This document shows positions 47,603-55,033 of a DNA stretch of 64,000 nt, one piece after another. The stretch is from contig CAWIHH010000004.1 in NCBI GenBank assembly GCA_963835925.1, forward strand, positions 83,358 through 147,357, written 5' to 3'. Made by a program: the position numbers and the translations under genes. The notes under the pieces are model-generated. The model saw only the letters and a list, made by a program, of their open reading frames with translations. It did no database searches and had not been told where the DNA came from. Source of the stretch: Candidatus Bathyarchaeota archaeon. GTDB taxonomy: Archaea; Thermoproteota; Bathyarchaeia; 40CM-2-53-6. How positions within the stretch are numbered: position 1 is the stretch's first letter; each line of letters opens with the position of its first letter.

Positions 47603-49207
47603 TTGAACAAAGTGAACATGAAATCGTCGTGGGTACGTGTCAGCTCGCCCAATGCAAAGCTTTTGTTTCTCCTCACAACATTCTTCCATGCAGGAATAGT
47701 TTTCAGATTGGCTTATCCGTTATGGATATTGCTGCTGCTGGCATTGGTTCTTCCCAGCAATGTCTGGCAGGCGGCTGATGCGCAGGCAACGGTGACCGCG
47801 CCTACGATTAGCTACTCGCTCAGCTCTCCCGTCACCTTCGCGACGCACACCGAGCTTGAGAGCTATGGCTTCTCATTTGGCCCCTCGGATGGCCAGTTCG
47901 GAGCAATACCCGCGGGCGGCGCAAGCTACACGTTTTACGGCACGGCTGGTTCTAGGTCCAGGCCTTCGTGCGCAGGAACCCCTAACGTCAAAGGCGCGTT
48001 TACGTTTACTGGTACGCTCGATCGTGTGACCGGAAGCAACGGTTGCACGAGACTGTTCGGTCCAGGGGATGGTCCGTCGGGATGGATCTTCGACAGGGAT
48101 TATGCCGGTGGCGGTCAAGTTGTGCGCTTCGAGAGTGGAGGCAAGAAGGGATGGCTGATGCCCTTCCATGGAGAGGTCTGGTGGCAGAATCCGGCCTCGT
48201 CGGATCACAAGTGCGACGTTTCGGGAAACTCTGGCCTAAGGGTTGACTGCTTCTACTCCTCACTCGGGTTGGCGGTGTCGACAGACGACGGAAAGACCTT
48301 CAGAGTCGTGGGGGAGATTCTCCAGCCCAGCCAACCGATGTCAGTCTTCGTCGGAGGCGGCGCGAACATGATGGTTGGTTACGGCTCGTTGGTCGTTGCC
48401 GACGCGAACGGCAAGCACCTCGATAGCCCATCCGTAGACCTGAAAGGCGCCTATTTCTATCTTTTCTACACCGACTTTCTGCCAGGTTTGCCCGGCGTGT
48501 GCGCCGCCGCAATTTGCATGGGCGTTGCACGCGCACCCTACGCCGATGTGGTCGCGGCTGCACTCTCTAACGATCCACACAAGCTCGCGATGACGTTCCA
48601 CAAGTACGATGGCGCCTCACCGAATCCCTGGACCCAACCCGCCACCAGCGACACCTCAGACTTGTCGGGGACTGCTGGAAGGTACGCGCCTCTCTGGACA
48701 GACGAAGCAGGAGGCGCTGAGGTAATCTACGACAGTACCTTCAACGTGTACCTCGCCGTGCTCAATACCATCGCAGGTGTTAGGGTCCGAGCCTCAAGTG
48801 ATCTGATCCATTGGTCGGGCCCAATTGGCCCCGCATACGATGAAGCAGGCCGCACGCTGTATTATCCAACTCTCCTCGGCGAAACTGGAGATCCAACGAT
48901 TGGAGGTCCTGCACCGCGAATCTACTTCGAAAGCCTACCCGCACGATCCCTTCCAGAGGAAGGAACACCGACCTTGGAGAGCTTGCAACTGAACCTTTCG
49001 TCCCAAACGTCACTCTCAACTGCGACGACTGCAAGGACTAGCACATCGGTCTCTAGTCCTGCATCAGTATCAAGTACCGAGATGTCAAACTCCCCGTATC
49101 ACTGGCAAAACGAGATTGGTTTAATCGTGATCGTCGCAGTGGTTTTAGCCGTTATTCTCGGCGGCATTTTCGTTTTGCGAAAACGAGGTGAGAAGTCGGA
49201 GAGCTAG
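47603..49207 (+). CDS. Secreted protein (possible beta-propeller glycosidase-like) with S/T stalk and C-terminal TM anchor
   Basis: Signal peptide (LWILLLLALVLPSNVWQAADA), beta-rich body, SSQTSLSTATTARTSTSVSS linker, TM helix plus RKRGEKSES tail. Family not assignable by eye. Confidence 0.45.
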   Translation: MNKVNMKSSWVRVSSPNAKLLFLLTTFFHAGIVFRLAYPLWILLLLALVLPSNVWQAADAQATVTAPTISYSLSSPVTFATHTELESYGFSFGPSDGQFGAIPAGGASYTFYGTAGSRSRPSCAGTPNVKGAFTFTGTLDRVTGSNGCTRLFGPGDGPSGWIFDRDYAGGGQVVRFESGGKKGWLMPFHGEVWWQNPASSDHKCDVSGNSGLRVDCFYSSLGLAVSTDDGKTFRVVGEILQPSQPMSVFVGGGANMMVGYGSLVVADANGKHLDSPSVDLKGAYFYLFYTDFLPGLPGVCAAAICMGVARAPYADVVAAALSNDPHKLAMTFHKYDGASPNPWTQPATSDTSDLSGTAGRYAPLWTDEAGGAEVIYDSTFNVYLAVLNTIAGVRVRASSDLIHWSGPIGPAYDEAGRTLYYPTLLGETGDPTIGGPAPRIYFESLPARSLPEEGTPTLESLQLNLSSQTSLSTATTARTSTSVSSPASVSSTEMSNSPYHWQNEIGLIVIVAVVLAVILGGIFVLRKRGEKSES

Positions 49208-50156
49208 CGTGGATTCTCACCACCACTCCATTCTTGACACTTCTATAGCGCCGCGACCTCAACATGTTTCGCGGCAGAATTGCACTCAACTAAGAAGGCA
49301 GATCTCATCAACAGGAAGCGCTGCTTTTCCTGTTCCCACACAAGTGAATTGTGTCGAGGAGCTTTCACCAGAAGACAGTTTGTCTTAGTTCCAATTGCAC
49401 GAACATGGCGGAAAACAGGCCGTCGCAGATTCTACATGTATTGGCTGAGGTGAGATCTGTTCGGGTAGCCAATACGGAACAGGGCGGATAGTAATATCTG
49501 ATATCAAGAATCAATCAAGCACGGAGAAGCAGGTCGGTAGACGTTCAATCTTAAAGTGGATTGGAGCAGTTACGGCAGCCACAATCGTGGGCGAAGTCGA
49601 AAGCTACGAGGCAAGCCAACCTTTCAGGCCGGTTAGAACGGTAACAGATACCACTTTTATCAAGACAACAACTACTAGCATTTACTCGAGTACACCTAGC
49701 ACGACCCTATCTGGTACTCCAGCTAGGGACCTACGACCCGTGATCAATCAGATCGGCCTGAGGGTTCGCACTCAAACCACGGCGCACCATGCACGGTTCA
49801 CGCGTTAGCCTTTCTACTAGAATACATGTATGCGACCCGCCTTGTCTCCGACCTATCGGAAGAGTACCTGCAATACGTCACCTTTCAAGTCGAGGGACCC
49901 CCGATGAAGGGAGAAGAGAATTTCTGGGCTCTGAATATTGGCTATCAGAAGGGGGGGGTAGTCCCGCAGACCTTTCTCGCCAATCAAAACAAAGTTCCAA
50001 CAAGCATTCAAAATACGATCCTCGAAATGAGAAGGAGCGGAATGCGCTTCAATCCGGTATTCATCAGGAACTGGGATTCAACGACCGGTGCCACTCAGGG
50101 CCAGCTCAAGTAAGCAATCAAATATTTAGATCAGAACATTCCGTACCGGAGACAAA

Positions 50157-51380
50157 GTGAAAGTTGGATCCTTGGAAGTTGAACCGATCCATGTTGACCA
50201 TTCAGTACCAGGCGCTTACGGATTCATAATTCACACAACTGAAGGCGCAGTAATCTACTCCGGAGACTTCCGAATACATGGCACCAAATCTGAAATGACT
50301 CGTGACTTCGTGAAGGCCGCTGCTGAAAACAAACCCATAGCCATGCTTTGTGAAGGCACGAACCTGATCGGAGCTGATTTCTCAACTGAGCACGAGGTCA
50401 ATGAAAAGATAAACAAAGTCGTCGGCACGACACAGAATTTAGTGCTTGCCAGCTTCCGTCATACGGACGTTGATCGCACAAGGACCCTGTTTGAAGTTGC
50501 AAAACGCAACCAACGCAAACTCGCGATTTCTCTCCGACAGGCGTACATGTTGAACAAACTCAAGGCAGACAAGAATCTTGACCTGCCAGCTGTTGACTCG
50601 AAGGATTTTCTGATCTTCAAACGCGAAAAGAAATCGTACTTCAAGTGGGAGAAGGCTATCTTAGATTTCCCAAACGCCGTAGATGCACAGGAAGTGAAAC
50701 GAATGCAGAGCAAAGTCATCCTTGCGACAGGTTTCTCCGACCTCAAGGAATTAGTTGACATGCATCCAATGCAGAGCGACCCGTTTTGGAGGCAGAAGTC
50801 CACAAAATCTGCGAACAGACGAAGAATCCTGACTGCCCTGACTGAAGCTGGTCAGACCTTCGGCGAGTTGGAGAGGAAGGTGGAGTTGTCACGTCCCGTA
50901 CTAAGCATCTACATGAAGGAATTGGAGAAGGCCGGCGAGGTTGCTCGCCAAATCAAAGGTAGACGGATCGAGTACGTTCTTACGGACAAAGGAAAAGGCC
51001 AGGAGAGAATGCGCCGAGAATCAATTGCGAAGGCGTTTCAGGTAGTAGGGCAACTCACACGAAATTACTCTTCGGCGAAGTCTATGCTGGAAATCGCTGA
51101 GTTTGCGAAAGAGTCGCCAGAGTTCTTTGCAGAATTTCTGCAGTGGATGACTGATTATATGACTCTGGTATTGAGCGATGACACTCTGCGATGGCTTAGA
51201 AGACATAGAGATGGAAGCGGGAAATTGCTCCAGGCAGAGGTAATGAAGAAATTGGCGCCATTCATCAAAGAGATACATGCCGATTCAGAAGATGACCCAA
51301 AGAAAGTGATGTCGATCTTTCAAAATCTACTCAATTCAATGAAAGAAGTCATATCGGAAACAGGTGGAACTCGACCATGA
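50157..51380 (+). CDS. Chimeric protein: internal fragment of an RNase J-like MBL/beta-CASP nuclease fused to an ArsR-like wHTH and a helical C-terminal domain
   Basis: Residues 1-~210 match the RNase J region spanning motif 3 (VDHSVPGAYGF), motif 4 (YSGDFRIHG) and beta-CASP motif A (LCEGTNL). The HxHxDH motif and the C-terminal MBL half are absent. The wHTH reads RRILTALTEAGQTFGELERKVELSRPVLSIYMKELEKAGEV. GTG start; an in-frame stop lies 30 nt upstream. Confidence 0.55.
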   Translation: MKVGSLEVEPIHVDHSVPGAYGFIIHTTEGAVIYSGDFRIHGTKSEMTRDFVKAAAENKPIAMLCEGTNLIGADFSTEHEVNEKINKVVGTTQNLVLASFRHTDVDRTRTLFEVAKRNQRKLAISLRQAYMLNKLKADKNLDLPAVDSKDFLIFKREKKSYFKWEKAILDFPNAVDAQEVKRMQSKVILATGFSDLKELVDMHPMQSDPFWRQKSTKSANRRRILTALTEAGQTFGELERKVELSRPVLSIYMKELEKAGEVARQIKGRRIEYVLTDKGKGQERMRRESIAKAFQVVGQLTRNYSSAKSMLEIAEFAKESPEFFAEFLQWMTDYMTLVLSDDTLRWLRRHRDGSGKLLQAEVMKKLAPFIKEIHADSEDDPKKVMSIFQNLLNSMKEVISETGGTRP

Positions 51381-52621
51381 ATCCTCTTCATCTTTCAGGT
51401 TGGGGTGTGAAAATCCGCGCCAACAATCTCAAGTCAAGATCTGAGCTTGAAGTCATAAATGGACGAGAAGATGGTAGAGCTGAATCATCGAATGGTTTTC
51501 GTCCTCGACGTTTCCCCTACAGCAGCATAATTATTGATGGACACAGCGGATACATTTCATTGCAGGCGTTTCACTGGCTGTCGAAGCATAAAGTTCCTGT
51601 TTTTGTAATTGGCTTCGACGGCACCATCATCTCTAGTATTCTTCCTCCGATTCCTGTGAAGGCTGATGTTAGGGCTGCGCAGTTCCAAGCTGCTAGTGAT
51701 CCGAAGAAGAGGTTCAAGATTGCTAGAGCGCTTGTTCAGGCGAAGATTGCTAGGAGCTTGCAGGTTTTGGATTGGTTGGGTGAACGTTATGATATTCATA
51801 GAGAGATTTGGGTAACGAAGCTTGAGGCATCAAAACTCAGAACAGCAAACACTGTTCCTGACTTGCGAGTGGTGGAAGGACGTGTGGCTAGGCGCTACTG
51901 GGAAGCATTCGGTAAGGTGATGCCTGAACATCTCGACTTTCAGGGTCGTATGACTTCGAGTCATCAGAATAATGCGTCTGATCCGGTGAACTTGGCGTTG
52001 AATTACGCTTACGGAGTTCTTGAAGGGGAATGCAGGCGAGCAATCAACGCAGTGGGGTTAGAGCCGTCGGTGGGGTTCTTACATGATTTCAGTGATTATC
52101 AAACGAAGCAGTCGTTGGTTTATGATTTGCAGGAGCCGTTCAGATGGCTTTCCGACATGTCCGTTATCGGGGCGTTTGAGTCGGAGGCTTTGAAGCTTTC
52201 AGATTTCTACTTCACGGGGGATGATTACAGGTATCGCTTTCAGCCTGAGGCGAGGCAGCGATTCATCGACATTGTTCGTGAACGATTCAATTCAGGTGCA
52301 AGCTACAGGGGGCGGGTTCTGAAGTGGGATACGGTCATTGAACAGAAGACAACCGAACTCGGACGGATGCTGGTAAATAGAACACGTACAATTGATTTTT
52401 CTGATCCTGAAATCAAGCTGCTAAGGCATGACGATCGCGAGCTGAGAGCAAGAATCCTCTCTCTTAGCCAGTCTGAAGCAAGAAAGCGTGGCATTGGGAA
52501 AAGCACACTCCACTACTTGAGAAAGAATGTCTCGCGTGGCGGCTCTTTCAGGGTTCATGAGCAAATTCGACAGAAAATCGTGGTCTGTAATTCAAGTTCA
52601 TCAGGGCTACAACAGGAGTGA
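51377..52621 (+). CDS. cas1: Stand-alone Cas1-family integrase with C-terminal HTH (casposase-like architecture)
   Basis: N-terminal beta domain (YISLQAFHWLSKHKVPVFVIGFDGTII). Catalytic core with E (VVEGRVARRYWEAF), H (DPVNLALNYAYGVLEGE...GLEPSVGFLHD) and D/E (SLVYDLQEPFRWLSD). C-terminal HTH (LSQSEARKRGIGKSTLHYLRKN). ATGA overlap with the upstream gene. Confidence 0.85.
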   Translation: MNPLHLSGWGVKIRANNLKSRSELEVINGREDGRAESSNGFRPRRFPYSSIIIDGHSGYISLQAFHWLSKHKVPVFVIGFDGTIISSILPPIPVKADVRAAQFQAASDPKKRFKIARALVQAKIARSLQVLDWLGERYDIHREIWVTKLEASKLRTANTVPDLRVVEGRVARRYWEAFGKVMPEHLDFQGRMTSSHQNNASDPVNLALNYAYGVLEGECRRAINAVGLEPSVGFLHDFSDYQTKQSLVYDLQEPFRWLSDMSVIGAFESEALKLSDFYFTGDDYRYRFQPEARQRFIDIVRERFNSGASYRGRVLKWDTVIEQKTTELGRMLVNRTRTIDFSDPEIKLLRHDDRELRARILSLSQSEARKRGIGKSTLHYLRKNVSRGGSFRVHEQIRQKIVVCNSSSSGLQQE

Positions 52622-53291
52622 AGATTCATTCTTGAAGATCCCAAACGCTGGGAATATTGACGCAGCCAAGAAAATACGCGCGGAACTGACATGGATCTAC
52701 GTGGACGAAGTCCTCTACAGAGAATTCGAGCGATTGAAGGAAAACATAAACTCACGTGATGTGGCGTACAAGGTTGTCATGGTGGACAGTTTGCACAACT
52801 GCAGACTAGCGATGGATCCGTGGGAAGTTGCGGGCTTGATAATCGGTGCCAAGGTGGATGAAAAATTCGATCGCGTTGAGCCAGCGACCTTGGTTGGAGA
52901 GATTGCCAACATGGAAATCAAGAAAGTTGGCAAAAGAAGAAGATTGAATCTGGGTCCAGTCTTCTCTAGCAAGTTTTGCCACTTTCATCGCCCTAAGCGA
53001 TTCGCCATCTACGACAAGTTCGCCGACAAAGCTCTAGGAGACCTGCTGGAGCGCCAAGGGAAATTCAGTTATGCAGAATTCCAGTTGTCACTTGACAAGT
53101 TGATTCGGGAAGCTAATCCGCCTCCAAATTACAAGGAAATTGACGTTTACCTCTGGCTCTACGGGCAATGGCTGGACTATAATGGCGGCAACCGAGTGTC
53201 GAGTGAAATCAAGGAAGCCATTTCGAGACAGCGCGAACTTTTCTCACAGCTCTACCCGACCCACGCTGATAACAAGAATTGTGGCCCTTAG
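52527..53291 (+). CDS. Hypothetical protein (start uncertain; may begin after the cas1 stop, e.g. TTG near 52633)
   Basis: 254-aa ORF. The first 31 codons overlap cas1 in another frame. Contains an SSKFCHFHRPKRFAIYDKFA segment. No family recognised. Confidence 0.5.
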   Translation: MSRVAALSGFMSKFDRKSWSVIQVHQGYNRSEDSFLKIPNAGNIDAAKKIRAELTWIYVDEVLYREFERLKENINSRDVAYKVVMVDSLHNCRLAMDPWEVAGLIIGAKVDEKFDRVEPATLVGEIANMEIKKVGKRRRLNLGPVFSSKFCHFHRPKRFAIYDKFADKALGDLLERQGKFSYAEFQLSLDKLIREANPPPNYKEIDVYLWLYGQWLDYNGGNRVSSEIKEAISRQRELFSQLYPTHADNKNCGP

Positions 53292-53418
53292 TCAGTCGGA
53301 GGCAGAACAGCTTGGTATTGGGAGGAGTACTCTCCATTACTTGCGCCGCGATGCAGAGAATGCCCTGTCGCTCAGAGTGCCCTCAAGAATTCGAGATAAG
53401 ATTGGAAGAGTAAGCTAG
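53266..53418 (+). pseudogene. Remnant of a second Cas1-type C-terminal HTH tail
   Basis: Own translation LITRIVALSQSEAEQLGIGRSTLHYLRRDAENALSLRVPSRIRDKIGRVS* aligns with the Cas1 tail LRARILSLSQSEARKRGIGKSTLHYLRKNVSRGGSFRVHEQIRQKIVV (about half identical). No upstream Cas1 body in this frame. Confidence 0.55.
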
Positions 53419-54903
53419 TTGGAAATGGATTTCCGAATTCAGTTCCTAGACATAGACCAAAGCACTTTGAAATCAGTACCTGACTTGCTTTATCCAGTAA
53501 TCTGGGAGCAAGTCAACAGTTTCAAGAAACGATGCTTGGGAGCAGAGCCAGAACGGACAGGTAAAGCGCTCCCTCTAGTACTAGCTATCAGGAATCCTAG
53601 TGTCCAGTCAGCTAGTGGAGTACTGAAGATTCAGCTAATTATCCCTGGATGGGAGAATGAGAAAGGATCAACTCTTTCGATGGATGCAGATTGTCCTTTT
53701 CAGGAAGTCAACGCAGGTGAAACCAAAGAGATTGTGCTCATGGAGGTGTCGAATATTCCTCTACTCAGAATGTACCTTAGGACTGCTGAATTCTACAAGT
53801 CCGGCAAACGCGTAGAGGCAAAGATGACAGGTCATCGTAGTTTCGTTTTCAAGACCACAGGTGATTTCTTAATCTCTTCGGCGTCAAGCAAGATTGAGGA
53901 TAAAGAAGATGAGCGCAACATTGAACGCATAGAACATGAAATCGGTTTCGAGAATTATTTCCTCCTCAAGACCTACTTGGATTTGCCAGTCTATGAAAGA
54001 GGCATCATTCTCAGAGTCTTATTCGACCGCATGGAGGACATACTGAAAGGCCGCGTACTTGCAGATTCGACTCCTGACAGAAAGGCGGCCATACAACACC
54101 TGTTGCAAATTGAAATAATCTCAAAGATTTGCATGATGATCGAGGACCTAGGACTCTTCTCTGTATCAATGCGAACAGGAATCAAGGAGCTGTGTAACAT
54201 ATTCCTTGATGAAGGTAGCAGCAATAAGGTCGGCCAATTCTACAGGGACCTCGATGAATTAAACGGTGAAGATTTTCTTAGAGTTCTATCCTTTCCGACC
54301 GCAGACTCGCTTCGTCTGTCCGCATCGGACTATGAAGTAGTGAACAAAGTGCTTCAGAGCGTACAACAGGAAGCTAGACGAGTATACCACGAAATAGCAA
54401 AATTCAGAAAACAGCACTGGACCTTGTACAATAAGTACAAACATGGATTCGCAATCATCCCGTACGTGCAAAAAACTGCGGGAAACATAGATTTCTTGGC
54501 CGATGTGGAGTCTGCAGTCTTCGTCCTACATGACAAAAGATCACCTTTGAAGGAAGTCATAACTGTTCCTTACAGTGCGAGAATCCTAGAAGCGTATAGG
54601 ATTCTGATCGTTGGGATTCAAGCCCTTCTGAAGAACGTCCTTGAGAACCAGCTTAATCTTCTGGAGAATCCGAATTTGATCAATCTGCCGATGCCCAGTG
54701 AGAGTCTGACGGCAGATGAACGTTCACGATATGCAGCAGTAACGAAGAGATTCCAACCAGCAAAGGAAACAAATCGAGATCATCGAATACACGTCAGAGC
54801 TTTTGCAAAGAAAGATGACCTGAAATGGTATGCGGACTTGCCAAAGTTCTTGGAAGAAAGTGCAGAAAGGGGTAAGCGCGAACAGTCGAGCAGATCAGAT
54901 TAG
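53419..54903 (+). CDS. Hypothetical 494-aa protein (beta-rich N-terminal domain, helical C-terminal domain)
   Basis: Long intact ORF immediately after the HTH remnant. Likely ATG at 53425. No family recognised. Confidence 0.5.
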   Translation: MEMDFRIQFLDIDQSTLKSVPDLLYPVIWEQVNSFKKRCLGAEPERTGKALPLVLAIRNPSVQSASGVLKIQLIIPGWENEKGSTLSMDADCPFQEVNAGETKEIVLMEVSNIPLLRMYLRTAEFYKSGKRVEAKMTGHRSFVFKTTGDFLISSASSKIEDKEDERNIERIEHEIGFENYFLLKTYLDLPVYERGIILRVLFDRMEDILKGRVLADSTPDRKAAIQHLLQIEIISKICMMIEDLGLFSVSMRTGIKELCNIFLDEGSSNKVGQFYRDLDELNGEDFLRVLSFPTADSLRLSASDYEVVNKVLQSVQQEARRVYHEIAKFRKQHWTLYNKYKHGFAIIPYVQKTAGNIDFLADVESAVFVLHDKRSPLKEVITVPYSARILEAYRILIVGIQALLKNVLENQLNLLENPNLINLPMPSESLTADERSRYAAVTKRFQPAKETNRDHRIHVRAFAKKDDLKWYADLPKFLEESAERGKREQSSRSD

Positions 54904-54960
54904 TGATTTTCTCCTTAGCGCGGGGCTCTTGGTGCTGGCGTCGTTGTTCGTCGTTAGGAA

Positions 54961-55027
54961 AGTGTGTGTGGGTCTACTGGTGCGGCCGATTGAATTTGAA
55001 CCGGCCTTGTTTTCATGTGTGTGTTTT
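54961..55027. repeat. Composite intergenic repeat, copy D
   Basis: aGTGTGTGTGGGTCTACTGGTGCGGccgattGAATTTGAACCGGccttgttttcatGTGTGTGTt, lying between convergent genes 53419..54903 and 55034..56656. Confidence 0.65.
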
Positions 55028-55033
55028 CAGCGT

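Noticed and set aside
49449-50113. A Tat-signal-like frame (VGRRSILKWIGAVTAATIVG..., open from 49449; the ORF track begins it at GTG 49587, i.e. after the Tat-like motif, and it ends at 49808) and ORF 49826..50113.
   Set aside because: No ATG, GTG or TTG upstream of the Tat-like motif, a short and T/S-rich body, and no recognisable family. I treat both as probable gene debris at the edge of the Cas1 array rather than as features.
53419-54903. The FRKQHWTLYNKYKHGF segment of the 494-aa protein, considered as a possible HEPN-type Rx4-6H nuclease motif.
   Set aside because: The spacing between R and H does not fit Rx4-6H (3 or 12 residues). I have no alignment support, so I leave it as unknown.
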